Of a stretch of 64,000 nt of DNA, positions 14,131 through 28,913 are shown one piece after another. The notes below the pieces were generated by a model. That model was not told the DNA's origin. It ran no database searches and saw nothing but the letters and a program-made list of their open reading frames with translations. The stretch is from Glaucostegus cemiculus (taxonomy: Eukaryota): contig CDPCPM010000011.1 in the NCBI GenBank assembly GCA_976551045.1, positions 5,332,001 to 5,396,000 of the forward strand, written 5' to 3'. A program made the translations under genes and the position numbers. How positions within the stretch are numbered: the first letter of the stretch is position 1; each line of letters begins with the position of its first letter.

Positions 14131-17100
14131 TAGGAGGTCAAAGATGGAGTGATCAATGTGGGAGTAGGCATAGAAGTAACATAGACAAGCTTGGTGATGA
14201 TACAAGTTGGTTGGGAAAGTGAGATATGGGAAGGATGCAAGGTTATGTAGACAACTTATGTGAGGTAGTAAGAACCAGGCAGTTCAATAAGATGGGAAAC
14301 TACATTTATTCGCTTTGATAGCAAGAATAATGATGAGAAGTTACTGAACTTTGTATATGGAGGGATTTGGGTGTACTGGTTCATGAAATACAGAATGTGA
14401 AGTGAAGGTACAACAAATAATTAGGAAGGCAAATGTATTGATTACCTTTTTTGCAAAGGGATTGGAGTATGAATAAGGAAGTCCTGTTGCTATTGTTCAG
14501 GGCACTGGAGAGTTGACAGCTAGAGTACGGTAAGCAGTTTTGATCTGCACACTTGGGAAAGGATATTCTTGCCTTCACTAGATTAACTCCTGGGAAGAAA
14601 GGATTGTCTTATAAGGAGAGCCTGAGGAAGTCTGCTGTATAATCAGTGGAATTCAGAAGATGAGAGGTGCTCATTGAGAGAACATTCTGAAAAATGTTGC
14701 CAGGGAGATCACCAAGAAGCTGCTTCCTTGAGACAGAGTCTAGAACCAGGGGCATAGCCTCAGTATAGGGGCTTTGCCATTTAGGACTGAGGTAGGAGTA
14801 AATTCCTTGTGCAGAGGGTTGTAAATCTTTGAAGTTTTCTACCCAGAGGTCTGTGGATGCTGAGTCATTTAAGGCTGAGATCAACTGATTTTTGCATGCT
14901 GCGGGATTCAGCAATGGGATCAAGTGGGAAAGTAGATGAAGTGGAAGATGGGAATGAAGGGGAGCTCAAGGGACCAGCAATAAACTGAGCAGCTGAGGTG
15001 CAGAACCACAAGGAGAAGAACCTGAAACTATAAGCACAATTCACCATTCACCAGCAGCCGATACCTTTATCTGCCCTCTGTCATTGACCATTATGGTGTC
15101 TTAATGGAAATTTTATCTCTACAAATTAAAAATTCTAAACCAAATTTTTAAATGAAATCTTACAATACTGCATGCAGCAGTCACTTACCTCCAGGCCTGA
15201 CTTCCATGTGCTTTTAACTGTCCTGGAACTCCTATCCCTTCCATGTGTCTGCTGAAAAGTCCATAGAAAGCTACTGACTTCAGTGGAGAAGACAGCAGTT
15301 GGACTTGAAGGATGACCTCGGGCAGTTCTGGGGCTGGGCAGCCCTGCTACAGGCTTCACAATTTTGGCATGGGGTGATAGCAGTTCGGGCTGGCTGGCTA
15401 ACAGGTGGAGTGCCTCGATGGTACAGTGAATGCGTCTTCCTGAGAGGTGACAGCAGATGCATGCTCCACTGTCACAATTCCAGTGCAGTGCCTCAACAAA
15501 TCCAGTACTCTCATGGAGGACAGGTTGCTGGATTGCTGTGAAGGACTGAAAGCCCAAGTCATTGTGACAATAGCCCGAGTCTTCTCTATACCCTCAGACA
15601 TTAGGTGGGTGTTGCCTTCATTCCAATGGTCATCAAGTGTTGCGTTGTGGTTGTGTCTGACAGTGTATGAACAGAAGTGGACTCCACTTTCACACTGGAA
15701 TCATTGGTCCACAGGCTCCATGCAAAGCCTTGTGCTAAACTGGTTCCTCCATTGTACTTGGGTTCAACATTGGCTGTCTGTAGGGCTTCCCAATGGAGCA
15801 AGAATTTCACAGTGTCTAATCATCGGCTTTCTTCGATAGTCTTGATAATCAAAATCCAGCGTGACCTGACCCACTGCCGATCTGAAGAGCTGTGCTTTCT
15901 TATTCCCCTGTCCTGGCTGTAGTGTCTCAGCACAAACTGATCCTGTCACTACACTAATCTACAAGTAATATGCAGTGCCAGATTCTGACTGGTGGCTTTT
16001 GTGGGAAATTGAGTGACAGTGTGGCTTCACCATCAGTGAATTCACATGGATAATGCTTTAGAGTGGGGGCTGGGAGCTGGGTGGTGGGAGAGATTACAGG
16101 AAGGCATATTATCTTCTTCAAGTAAATCAGGAGTAGTTGGGATGTGTGGAAGAATAGAGACAAGGGTAGTAGAGTTGCCAATAGGCCAGTATTCATATTT
16201 CTTTCAGTGACACAAATAGGACCTCCTGTCTCTGGGAGAACGATTAACTGTCTTTTTTGAGGTAATGGGCCTTGCATTAGTTGGATCCTAGGCACCCAGG
16301 TTTGGCATGAAATGGACTGGTCCCAAGCCTAGCTCATCTCGGCCAATTTCCCTGTAGAATCAGTAGATGCTATGGGAACCAAACTGATCTTGGCTTCAGT
16401 GTCCAAAACACTACATTGGACCTGGTTTAATCTTCTGGGCTAAAGTCTAGGTCCAGGTCCATACCCAGTACCAACACTGTAACACAGTGTAACACAGGAC
16501 AGTAAGGTGGATACAAGTCTGTCACCGTGTAACACTGGGATACAGCACAGGTGGGCACAGCTTGCTTAGTGGCACTATCCATAGTTTCAAAGCGCTTTTG
16601 TCAAAGGCAGAGTGGACCTTAAAATTCTTTGAATTACCCAAGCTTACCCATACCTTCCTTCCAGTTTTGACTCTTTTTACAGGTAAATACGTGAACTTGA
16701 GGGATTCCTGGGTAAAGATGAAATTGTGAATGATGGTGGTTTTAGAGAGTGGAGAGGAAGTAATTTGCCCAGCTCTGTGACTTGGTGGAGAGGGAAACGT
16801 TTGAGTTCTGAGAGAAAGCAATGAGCAGCTGGCTATTGAAAAGAAACTTACTCTTTATATATTTTTCCTGAATTTACCTCTGAATGTAGCAACAGACACT
16901 TTGAACATTTCAGTACTTTCAGAAGCAGGTGAGTTGCAAATTCCAGATTACAATTTCTTTTTCCTTTTTGACTTCTTTAATATCAATTCATACAACATCT
17001 AGAGTTACAGGAGACATGCCCGTGGAGAGTATGCTATTCCCAGAATCTTCTGTTATACACTGGGCACCCACAACTTGCCCCTTATCAGTAGAATCTCATT

Positions 17101-17291
17101 ATCTTCAATGACTTCAGTCCCACTTTTTGCTACTGTTTCAGCAACGGCTGTCCCTATGAAAACGATTTACTGTCTCACATCTGACTCATTGGCCTGAAAT
17201 CATCAGCATAGGTCCATTTCCTGATATATTTTCTAAACTGACATTCATTGTATTTCTGGGGAATAAGATGAGGTTCTGATATGGCAGCTCA

Positions 17292-17323
<32 letters not shown>

Positions 17324-17335
17324 TGCGTGCGTGTG
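17292..17335. repeat. (TG)n(TGCG)n compound microsatellite
   Basis: tgtgtgtgtgtgtgcgtgcgtgcgtgcgtgcgtgcgtgcgtgtg. Confidence 0.95.
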
Positions 17336-17619
17336 CTCTTTTCTCTCCCGGAGGTGGTTTAGTATGCAGCCAAGGCTCTTCCTGGCATTGGCTCATTGGA
17401 CCTGGGCCTTTTTGAACATTCCCTGTGAGTGAGTGCAACATGCATCACACCTGGGACAATTAGCTCTTATAGGTGCACGACAAATGAACCAATCGAGGAT
17501 TGCATGGTAATGCCATGCAAAAGATATGTTTTACCTCTGCCTGCTGTTTGCCGTGCACCTCATTTCATAACGTCACACAGCTCGGAAATAGATCCTTTGA
17601 TGCATCAAACATAAGCTGA

Positions 17620-17825
17620 CCATCAGGTACCTATTTACCCTAATTCTGCAGTAATCCCATTTTGTTCTCACGTACTCATTGACTTCCCCTGATTCTATAA
17701 CTCACCTACACACTAAGAGTAATTTCCAGTGGTGAATTAACCTTTGGGATGTGGGAGAAAAATAGATCACCTGCAGGAAACCCATGCGGTCACAGGGAGA
17801 ATGTGCAAACTCCAGAGACAGCATA
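17620..17825 (-). mobile_element. V-domain (HE1-like) SINE fragment
   Basis: aattaacctttgggatgtgggagaaaa...ggaaacccatgcggtcacagggagaatgtgcaaactcc is the reverse complement of the 3690 element type. Confidence 0.7.
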
Positions 17826-18959
17826 GAGTCACAGAGAGAGATAACATGGCAACAGGCCCCTCAGCCCACCAAATCCACACCAACCACCTTCCAAACACCT
17901 GTCTGAGTCTGAGCTGTTGCCCTATTTGCAGCTGATTCTTGTAACTTATTGAAACAATACCGATGAGACTGGCAGACCAATATGCCTGGCTCCTGCTGCT
18001 GGCTTCATAGGGGCATATGCAGTGTGCACTGCTCTGTGATCACTCCGATTACTCTAAGAGGGTTGAATTAGTTAGGCCCCAAAAATGAGCATGAAGGTTA
18101 ATATGCACTTGTTCATCGCTCTGGACATTGCACACTAACTCAGTGCTGCTTGTTGTTTTAAAAGGTTTATGTATGCAGCAAGCAAATGTATTTCCCACAG
18201 TGACACAGATTACATTGCATTAATTTTATGGGAGTTAAATGAAGTTCTAATATGCAGTCAGTGTGTACAGCCTTGTTTATTAGTTGTATACATCATGAGT
18301 AGCTAATGATTTTTAAGGATACTGAGCACCTCTTAAAGGGAAAGTGAAATATGGCTGCAAGAAACGTTTTTGCAAACTAAATCCAGACTGAACTTTGAGC
18401 AACAGCTTAAATTTGGAAAAGTCTAAGCTGAGGCTGAGGAGAAATGTCTGCAAAAGACTCTGGACTACCAGGTGGGAACCTTTCTTCTCCTCCTTCTTGA
18501 GTTTGTCTAATTGCATGGTGTCTCTCCATTCTCCTGCTCATGCTCATATTCTAAAGGAATGTCTACCAGGCAACCTGTTTCTGGAAGAAATTTGTTTCAA
18601 TAAAAGTTTTTAAATGAACAGAAAAGTTCTTGAACCCCAGAAAGACAAATGATACTGTTATACTTAATCTATACCTGTGTAGATTACTCAAACATGAATG
18701 AAATTTCAGGTAACTCCCAAAACATGTAATATTGTAAGAGAAGAAATAGTCTGTGAAATAATTTTCAAGTAATTAATGATTACTTTAAACATCTTTTGTT
18801 GTTTTTTTTCATTCTGTTTAATAGTGTGTTCATCTATGTGAGATTAAGTTGGCATTTAGTGGCAAAATGCAGTTGGAGTGATAATGCTGAATGTCGGACC
18901 AATGTTGAGCACTGACTGGTGTCATAATCTGCCCACTCTGCACAGGATGTGTAATTTTT

Positions 18960-19830
18960 ATTCTTGTTTATGTTTCAGGATGCAGGTATCAAGCCCGGCA
19001 TTTATTGGCCCTCTCCAATTGTCCTTGTGAAGGTGATGGTGAATTGCTACCTTTTGATGAAGATACCCTCAAGGTGCTGTAGGGTAGGGTGATGTGAAAG
19101 AAGGAGGATATATTTCCAATTCAAGATGGAGTGAGAAATTGAGGGGAAACTGTCTGTGGTGGTGTTCACATGTACCTGCTGCCCTTTTCCTCCCTGATGG
19201 TAAAGATCACAAGTTTGGGAGGAGTTGAAGAAGTAACTATAGTGTATACTGTAGATGGCAAGCACAGCAGCAATGGTGCAGTGGAGGTAGAAGGAATGAT
19301 TGTTTAGGATGCTGAATGGGGTACCAATCAAGCAAACTATTTAGTCTGGGGTCACATTGACCTTCTTGAGTATTTATGGAGCAGTGCCCACCCCCACCCA
19401 ACCGTTCATAATTGGGGGAAAGGCACTAGAGCAGGAGCAGTCGAATCACTTGCCTACAGTCTCTGACCTGCTCTCATTGCTACTGTAATTACATGGTGGG
19501 TTCAGTTGAATTCCTGGTCAATGATGACATCCAGGAAGTTGATGGTGGGGTAGTCAGGATTAAGTAATACCACAGAATATCAAGAGTGGGTCACTGTTTG
19601 GCACCTATGTGGTGTCAATGTTACTTGCCCCTTACTTATTACTTGGATATGCAATATTCAGAGAGAGGCTACTTCGTTTGCTGGGGAGTTACGAATAGAA
19701 TTGATCAGTCATCAGGGAAATGATGCTCTGAAGGAAAGAAGGTCACTGATGAAGCAGCTGATGATGTTTCGGTGAGGGGCACTGTCTTGCAAAACCCCTG
19801 TGCAATATCCTGGGGTAGGGATGATGCCAA
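18960..19830 (-). mobile_element. old CR1/L2-group LINE fragment
   Basis: Same family as 41870-43700 (gcatttattggccctctccaattgtccttgtgaaggtgatggtg...). Confidence 0.6.
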
Positions 19831-20009
19831 CCCTTTCAGTGAGGTGGCACCCTTGATAGATGTGTCTTTGCCTCTTGGATCCAAATTTCAAACGTTAGTT
19901 TATTGTGTGGCACTGCTGAATTTATGCACAAGAAGCTGATTTATTCCCCAAAAGTGTTTTAATTTCAGACCACATTATGATTCTTCAGCTACACTGAACC
20001 TGCTCTTCA

Positions 20010-20300
20010 GAAAAGAGGCTTGCATTTATTCATGTCCTTGTCAGGATGACTCAGAGCTCTTTATATCCATGAAAGTACTTTGTGAACTGTAATCATTGCT
20101 GTGGTGCAGGAAGCACTGTCGATAATTTGTGCACAGCAAACTCCCACAAAATGTAGATCACCTGTTTTATTGTAATGTTGACTGAGAGATTAATATTGGT
20201 CAGCACAGCTGGAATAACTTCCCTACTCTTCACTGAGTTAGTGCCATGAGATCTTTCATACCCACCTGAGAGTAGATGGGGCCTCAGTGAATCACCTTTA
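20010..20300 (-). mobile_element. Deu-domain SINE (AmnSINE1/SacSINE1-like)
   Basis: ttgcatttat...aatttgtgcacagcaaactcccacaaa...gtgccatgagatctttcatacccacctgagag..gatggggcctcag resembles the reverse complement of the Deu-SINE consensus as I recall it. Confidence 0.7.
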
Positions 20301-21016
20301 AATGGGATTTCATTTGGAATACTCTCCAAATGCTCAAATTACTGCAGATGAGTGAAGAAGGGATCACCACTGCTGCAGGAAAAAGCTTTTCACATCATAA
20401 TGGATTTTGTTTTACACTGTGAGATATGAAATTTTGTTCATTTGCTTTGTGTCATATATTTAGAAATTCCAACCATTAGTTCTGACTAGAGTATTAGGGT
20501 GTTGAGAGAATATGGGTTGGCAGAATGATTTATAATATTTTGATTGCAAATGTAGTCCTTTTCCCAGCAATTTCAAAAATATTGTAACCAATTCTTAACC
20601 ATGAATTGAATCAAGTCAAATTTTAGAAAAGTTATGTTTTCCTTCCCACGATTATACCTTCTTATTGCATCTGTTGCATAGCCAATGTCATAATGAAAGT
20701 CACTGACACTCTGCAGGGATCAATCCTTCCTCAAACTTCAAAGTAGTAATAAACACTGAGATGGTGAGGCCTTCTCTTTAATCACTCTTTAGGGACAAGT
20801 TTACATCACTATTCTCTTTGTCATTCTAAAATTAATTGCATTTTATTCAATGAGTCAACAATGAGCACATCATTTTAACTTCTACAAAATTAATGAACTT
20901 TCCAAATATTTTCTATTAGGAAAAAGTAAACAATGCATAAACTTTTCATCGACAACAGGATTGAGAATTGGAGGATCCCTTAATATCAATGTATTTTGTA
21001 TTTTTGTCCACAGATG

Positions 21017-21125
21017 GAACATAGAACATTACAGCACAGTACAGGCCCTTCGGCCCACAATGTTGTGCCGACATTTTGTCCTGCTCTAAGCCTTCCCTCC
21101 CACATAGCCCTCTATTTCTCTATCC
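21017..21125 (-). mobile_element. CR1 3' tail fragment
   Basis: gaacatagaacattacagcacagtacaggcccttcggcccacaatgttgtgccgac; similar tails at 39368 and 61890. Confidence 0.75.
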
Positions 21126-24100
21126 TTCTTTTACCTCTTTGAAAAAATTCTCCATCCTTCTTTTTCTTCGTTGACTATTTCCCTCTTTGGCAGAAGTGTA
21201 CTCCATCCCTAACTGCCTTCCTAAAATGTCTTAAATAATTGCTGAAATTAACTAAAATGCATTCACATGCTGTATGATGTGAATCATAATGTTCCAGAAC
21301 ATTCTATTAGATGGTCACACAATTAAGAAATCATATACTTTCTCAGCTTAGTGGAAGAGCCTATCCTCCAGAGTCAAAAAACTAATCTGCTCAATGGAAT
21401 GCCTCCCTTGATATTTATCCAACATTCAGAACTATCAAGTGCCCTAACCCCTCCTGTTTCTCCTTCTCAACCTGCTTACCTGGCTTTTTGTTGGGCAAAC
21501 TAGTTGACTCCAATCCAACAGAAATGTTAAGTAAACTTTTATCTTATTTCTTTTGATATTTCAACAGATACTTCAACAGCCAAATGTTCTTCTCCATGTT
21601 TACCATGTTGTGCAATGATAAGTCATTTACCTTTGATGTATATAGCGACAGGAGATTCATGTAATAATTATATCTTGTGCTTTACTCTAAATATATTTAT
21701 ATTGGATTGCATGGCCTATCACAATTTCTAATACTGTTATGCATCAAAATAATATTCAGGACAATTGCTGTTGTTGAAGAAAGAAACAACCTTTATTAAG
21801 GATATTGTTAATTGAATCACGTTAGAAGCTTACAGAATGACAGAAAAAGGAAGGCAGAGATCTAAACTACAGCTCTCTAATCAGCAGGTATCTACCAGAG
21901 CAGCAGCAGAGAGCAAGAAATTAGGAATCAACAGCATATAGACAGTTAAAAGCACATGAGGTACTAACAGGATATTAAACAACATGCAGTTCCAGGACTG
22001 AGAGAGGACTGAGGGGATAAGGGTTGAGCAAAGTTATCTTTAGAATTAAGCAAAATAGTTTCTGAGACGGATGGAATTGCAGACTGCATGTCTTGGAAAA
22101 ATGATGATGTTTTGCAGTTAATTGAGTGATTAGCTAAAGGCCAGGCAAAGCTAGGGTCCCTCAAGCCAAGAGGACACCAGAAATCCAAATACGAGCCAGG
22201 AAGGGGCCCTAGAACCGAAACTAGGAGATCACAGACTCAGTGGCGCAATAACCTACCCAGGCCAAGGCACATCATAGTGCCAAGGGCTGATCAGTGGGAT
22301 AGTTCCACGGTTCACAGAGTGAAGGCTTAGGCAAAAGGAGGGGATGGGGAAGAAAAAAAGGCCTCTAAGTCCTGAAACACCAGGCTGTTTTAAAATCTTT
22401 TACAACACAACCTGTTTCCAGTCTAGGACGGTGAAGGTCCTAAAAAGAGAATTTTATTTGTTTTTTTTTGAATTTTTAGGTTTTATTTTTGCTCAACTCT
22501 TTGCCACTATTTTGTTGAGAGCTGTCAGTTCTTCTTATTCCCATTGAAGACAACATGAATGAATCAATGCATAACAAAAATGCATTTGACTGGGCAATAA
22601 CACTGTCACTGTCCCAGAGGCATTCACATTCATTTCAATAGGAGGGAAGATCAGGATGTGTTATAATCTATTGCACAAGGGTGGCAGCTAAAGGGCTATT
22701 TACAAGTGGAGTTATAAAAAGGAGGAGTTTGAGCGTACACATGGTATACAACGTACAATTCTTTTCCATATGGCAGTACTTGCGTACGTTCCACATCTTG
22801 TTTGCTGTAGGTGTGGCACAAGGTTCTGTATTCCCAGAATCCGGAGATTTCAGCTTCTGAGCCCTTCATTTAGTACAGTGCACCTGTGTCATGCCAGAGT
22901 CACTAGAATATAAGATTAAGGAAAGAACTTGCACAATTTGGCTTGGTGACAGTTGTGATAAATATTTTAGACAACAGATCTTTATTAGATTGGAATAGCA
23001 ATCTATCCCCAAAGTAACATGAAATCATTAATAATTCACCCTATTTTAATGTTTCAAGATTGGTGATATATATAGATATTTTGTGTATTTTTTTCTATTT
23101 AAGGGATATGAATATGCATCAAAGAGGTTTCTTTTAACCATTTGCACCCAGTGACCTCATTGAACATTTATTAGTTACATCAAGGTTCAGGTCACGTGGA
23201 GAATAGAGATCCGCAAATGGTGCAACTCAAATCAAGTCCCCAGATATTTTCTGAGGGAGGTCACTTTTTCAGAATTTATTGTGCTCTTCTTGAGTTACAG
23301 TCGTCAAAAGCTGGTTTGAAACTGACTGAATTCACTGTCCTTTAGGTTCCAAACAACTAATCTATTTGAATCAGCACTTAGGTGCAACCTCACTGTACCT
23401 CCCAGCTACCATGAGGCAAAAGAACATCATTATGCTGTTCCTATCACCGACTTCTGCCTGGGATTTATTTGAACCCTAGACTCACACATGAACAGACATT
23501 GCTTTAGCACACTACAATACATTGTCCTCCATATAGAGAGTTGTTATATATTACTTTTAATAATGTAACTAAAACCAGGATATTGTAACTGTAGACTTGT
23601 ATATAGAATTTTCTTTGTAGATTTACTGGTTTATACATTTGAAAGACAACACAGATGTTGCCCTAGAAGGGGATTTTAGCTACTAAGGACAAATAAATAC
23701 ATTTTAAAATTTGCAGATTGCATGTAAATTAAAGGGGTGTTTTGTAACCCTATTTTCATTGCAGTTGCCTTTGAACATTTTACAGCAAATAGATGTGACT
23801 GTAGTTTATCAAAGTGCTTAGCAAGGAAGTGTTTAAAGCAAACACTAATCTCGACATGTTTATAGGAAATACATATACAGTAAACTTTTTAAAATAGCTT
23901 GAAGGTGTAAATGGAATGCCAGTAAGGAAAGACAAATATCATGGTCCCCACCCAAGTAGACTGTTATTATATTAGACTAACTCTATTAACAAGAATGATG
24001 AATTTCTGTACAAATCTGTTCCCAATAAAACTATTTTTGTCCCATTATGAGAAAGGGATAAACAAAAGTACAACAGAAATTTCAGTTACCTTTCTTTGTC

Positions 24101-25024
24101 ATTTTTGTAGTCTTTGCTATTTGCAATGTTTCTGAAAAGGTCAATTAACTTTGGTGAATTTGACAAATTAAATCACACACTAGGATGCTTTTACTTCTTG
24201 TGATGTTATAGAGACAAACTTTATTGTTTGCTATGACACCACAGGACAGTAATTTTATGTTATACAGATGTAATTATGATGTATGTGGAAGTGTTAAGGA
24301 TAAAAGGCATGCTCATCAGTGGACTGAACTGGTAACAGTGTTAACATTTGAATGAAAAGGTGAGATGTTCCTCATATTTCATTGCCCTTGAGTGGACACC
24401 TTGCAAACATGAGCAGGTAATTTGCCAGATGTTCTCAGAAAATCAAATTATTAATAGATCTAGTTACAGTAGGATAATGGTGTAATTGTAGTTCTGTGTA
24501 TGAAAATATGGATACCTCTTTCAAAACTGTGACAGCCTTCATGTCTGATAAACACACCATATGCCAGCAATCAGCCGTTTGATTTGATACTTTCCCCATG
24601 AATGAGGAAGAGTGGAAGAACTCTTGCCACAACTAACTCTGATCAACCACTTAAGGTAGATTACTCAACCTAACACTAAGCTTCTTTAACTACATTTTAC
24701 TTGCATTAGGTTTACATTGTAAAAACACACATGAGATTTTTTTAGTTTGGTATATTTAGCTCAGAAATTGATTAAAAGTATTGAGATTTTGTTGATCATT
24801 GTGTTATTAATATCAGTGACTGTGATCTTTAAGTTGTGATGACTTTCTCCACAGCAACATCCTGAAAAGAGTTAGTTTGAAGACTGGTAGTTTAAAATGG
24901 GAATTCCTTGTGAAGTGTGTTCACTAATTTTATATTATGAGAAACAAGAATGTACAATCATCTTGCAAATCTGAAAGTCACTTAAAAATGTGAATCATTA
25001 TGTGCTGTCGCTCAGACCAATTTA

Positions 25025-28000
25025 AGAATAACAAAAAAATGAAATTTATTTTGCACATTGTGCACAGTACACTGATATTAGTTATTAATTATATATGGAT
25101 GAACATGATTTGCTTTGGATGTTACTTTTACTCATTACTTTTTACTTAGTCCTACCGGTGGTTGGCACTGAGAAAAGGCCACTAATAGAAATACATAAGG
25201 GATTTTCCCAATTGTTTTAATCACTGTTATGAGTTGCTTACAAAGAATCTGAGGTCAGTTCACTAGGCCTTTGATGTACCATTGTGATGGGGACCCTTGT
25301 ATCCACTGAAACTGAAGTTTGAAAAAAAAGCTCTGAAACATAAGGAGAGGAATGGAGACCTACCTCATGTACATAATCATCCGTCCATTCCTCCCATGGT
25401 CATACTCTGGTATGGTCACGAACAATGGGCTAGTGTGCCCTGTCCGCGTGTAAAGCAAAATGTATTTCTACATATATATATCTTCAAATAGCATTGAGCA
25501 GCATATATGGCACAGTCACAATTATAATGCACCATTGTGTGCACAAAAGAGGAAAAATCTGGGCATAAGTATTCTTAACATTGGGATTACTTTGAACTTC
25601 TAGCTAAAGTGTAAAGCAATGGATTGGTTTACTGTCCTATCTTTACCCAATTCACTGTGAGTGGCATAAGAAGCGGCCAATTCGATATTGTCAGTTTAAT
25701 GGTATTGGCAAATATCAAAACATGGGAAGTTACTGTATAAAGACAACAGAGAAGATTTAACTCTGAGAACCATGCATATAAAAGCTCACATAACACATGG
25801 TTTTGGACACATTGTTTTCAAAAGTGGGTATTGACATGTTCGGTAAAATTGAAAACTAAAATTGTGGCAAGAGCAGAAAAGATCAGCTGACCTGCTGTCA
25901 AAGACCATGGAGTCTTGGAATTAATTATTTTGAAATAACAGCTGGAAGTATAGGTTTAAAAGCCAAAATAATTCAGCAGTAGAATTATATTATGGTCAAG
26001 AATATATGAAAGAGATAATCCTGAGTGTGGAGTAAATTTGTCAGAGATCATTTTACAAGATAATTAAAAGTCCTGTTGATTGTTTTCCCAGCTTTAATTT
26101 GCCCCCAGCCCCACAAGCACACTTTGATGCTATCAAGTGGAATTTACAACTACCACATATTTTCTACAGCACACAATTCACATAATATTTCATAAGTAAA
26201 CATTTATAAAGATGATAGCTATTTTCTTTTCCCCAAAAAGTATAAACAGTGCCTTTTTAAAGCTATTTTTTCATTTTTTTATATTATAAAAAATGATCCA
26301 TGGAATACTTATGTGCACATATTGAAAGTGTATAAAAGGATGATTACATTTCTTCCTAAGTCTGTTCCTACTTATTTTAATCTACGTATATGAAGACAAT
26401 CATATGCTACTAATCATAATAAATACTCAGTTTTAAATACTTGAGTCAGATTGACCTATAATACACCATATTGCAATGGTTTTTGGAATATATTTTAACA
26501 GAATATATTTTGGCAGTAAAAAAAGTAAATTCAAAACCAAAAATAAACTACACACAAATTAAAAAATCTGTGCAGCAAGGAAAACACAACATATATTAGA
26601 ACAGCTCCTTAATTCTGATTATGCTGCCTTCATCTGACTACAAAACCTACACAGCATTCAGAACAGACTCCACTCCTGTTAATCCTCAGAGATGTCAGAT
26701 CTTGATAACATTACACAAAACAAAATAAAACGTGATTCCAATTTTTTGGTTCATTCACGCAGTCACAATCTCATTTCGTATTTAATAATCTAATCTCTTT
26801 ACACAATTCACATTTTAGGAACCCTCCTTGGAGACAATAAATGATTAAAAATATATAAAAACTTGTACTGGAAAAGGTTGGGATGTTTGCTACTCCAGAG
26901 AGACCTCACACAACTATTTTTGTAATATAAAAAGAATACTTAAAACTAATGGATATAAAATTCCAAACATGAAAGACCTGTTTTTAGCCTTCCTCCTATT
27001 TGAAATATGAGTTTTTTTTTATCATAATAGATGTGGTCATAATATTAATTGCATTAAAAGAAACAATATGCAGCTAATTTCTTTTCCAAGTGTTTTATCC
27101 AGTTCTTTTTAGTAAACATGCCCATTACAAATGTTTGAAGTCTCGACTTAAGGTGATAAAGTGCTTATCAGGCAAATGCCTTCCATTTAGTAAATTGCAG
27201 TTGCATTGAATTTTTATAAGTTAGGCATTAATATTTGCATAATTGCTTGCTGTGAATAAGGGTCCAAAACTTCTGATCTTTAAAATTCATGTCTAACAAA
27301 TCCCCATATGTTAGCTCAGCTGAATCATATAATTACCTAATGTAAAGAATTGTATTATATATTTTACTGTATTATTATGTTAGCATATTGAAAGCTTTTA
27401 TGCATAATTTGAATGCCTTTAAAATAGTTAACTTACTGAAATATTAAAGTTAAAAATATTACATTTCTTTTGAGCTGTTTTCGAAAGCTTTTAACCAGCA
27501 ACTGAACCAACTTCAATTGCTGGGGTTGGCTTATTTTATTAAATTTTGCCATTAGCAACTCCAGAATGATCTGAGGAAATGTGATGACAATTAATGAGGT
27601 GACAGCTCAGGAGACATATATGGTGCATTGAAGTAAATGAGGCTTGTTTCAATCTTAAAGCAGTGAGGAAAAGAGGAATGGGATGCAGAAAAAGTGGCAA
27701 AGCTGGGCAGGAGAGCAATGTTACTTCCTTTATCAGGCTACATCTTTCAAAATACCCTTTAAGCCCTGTGAAAATCTTTTCTGAAATGATTATGTCAGTG
27801 ACGTGCCTCTAAAGTTGACTTTTATCTGTTCCCTGTGGCATGACTGCCCCTGGTAACAGAGTGTTGCCATTTGACTTCAAGTGGAACATTGCTGCAACAC
27901 AGAAAGCCAACACTATTCACTGAGTGGGTTTCTTCTCCAAACTGTAAACCACAGTGGGAAATGTTTACACAATGCCTCCACAGAAGAGGATTAAATGCAA

Positions 28001-28868
28001 TTTCACAATGTCAACTGGAGGTTTTCTTTTGGTGGAGGAGGTTACAGCATTTTATCTTTTGATTTGTAATGAGAATCCATCCTTGCATTGTAGCTGTAGT
28101 TAAAGACATTAGACTGAAGCTGTCTACAAGAATAAACTGTTTCCTTTCTCTATCAATCAAATGAGTCTCAAAAATGAATAGAATGGAAGGCTTTAAAAAG
28201 GCTCACTTCACACAATTATGGTTATGAGGGGCATGTTTCAATCACTGCTCTGGTTGACACTTCAATCCAGCAGCCACAAGTGATGAGTTTTGTCAGTTTT
28301 GTTGCACTGGCTTGTTGTTAGGTGCTGATCACATAATAATCTGGGGTGGGATTAGATGAGGAGAGATTAAATGTTGTGCAGCTTTTATCTTTCTGACTAT
28401 CACCTTAAAGCTGTGTGGCTCATTTCATACAAACTCGTATTCATTTAACTTAATTTAAAATCAACCATCCTGCAAATCTGACAAAGTCACTTAAAAAAAA
28501 AGGAAAAAAATATTTTGGCCTAGATCCAGAGAGCTTTCTGGTTGGTGCAAATCTGTGAAATTGGCATAGTTGCCAATTTCAAAAGAAAACAATGTAGCTG
28601 TCAAGTCTTTTTTTCTGTTGTTTTAAGTTTACACATCAGAAATTTTCTTCAAAGTATATTATACTGAGCAAAACTCAAGAAAAATTTGCAGTAACCACAG
28701 ATAAAACATGTAATAAACACAAAAAAAAACCATCTGAGGTAAAAATATCATGTTAACCAAGAGAGCATCAGCACAAAACATTTCTGCATGTCGTGCCGAA
28801 CCCCCCACAGTTTCTGAGAAGACGTTTCTAGCCCTGCTGGGTTTTAGTGTGTCTCTGAGTTTCTCTTG
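25025..28868 (-). other. RBFOX3: RBFOX3 3'UTR (3' end uncertain)
   Basis: AT-rich sequence after the stop codon with no recognisable TE. The end is placed from the best-looking poly(A) signal at 25045-25050; other AATAAA hexamers occur at 27535, 24220, 23275, 22981, 22482 and 22453. Confidence 0.5.
25045..25050 (-). promoter_or_regulatory. candidate polyadenylation signal AATAAA
   Basis: Minus strand: gtgtactgtgcacaatgtgcaaAATAAAtttcatttttttgttattctt, with an upstream UGUA and downstream U-rich tract. Confidence 0.45.
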
Positions 28869-28913
28869 CTAGTACGGGGTGAAGCGACTGTACCCTCCTC
28901 TGTACAGGCTAGC
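28869..28913 (-). CDS. RBFOX3: RBFOX3 last coding exon (PY-NLS C-terminus and stop)
   Basis: tttttcatctttgatgttgcag|GCTAGCCTGTACAGAGGAGGGTACAGTCGCTTCACCCCGTACTAG = ASLYRGGYSRFTPY*, the conserved RBFOX C-terminal nuclear localisation signal. Confidence 0.95.
   Translation of the reverse strand, partial: ASLYRGGYSRFTPY

Larger units (their letters stand above)
12815..14930 (+). mobile_element. old CR1 LINE split by nested insertions
   Basis: Degenerate RT motifs at 12815-13150 (VYLDL.K.F; cagtgctgggtcctcagctattcacaacctatatt) resume at about 14180-14930 (gagggatttgggtgtactggttcatga...cagttttgatctgcacacttggg). Confidence 0.75.

Noticed and set aside
15135-15950. Cluster of overlapping 60-140 aa ORFs
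   Set aside because: No recognisable domain; probably a decayed retroelement that I cannot assign to a family.
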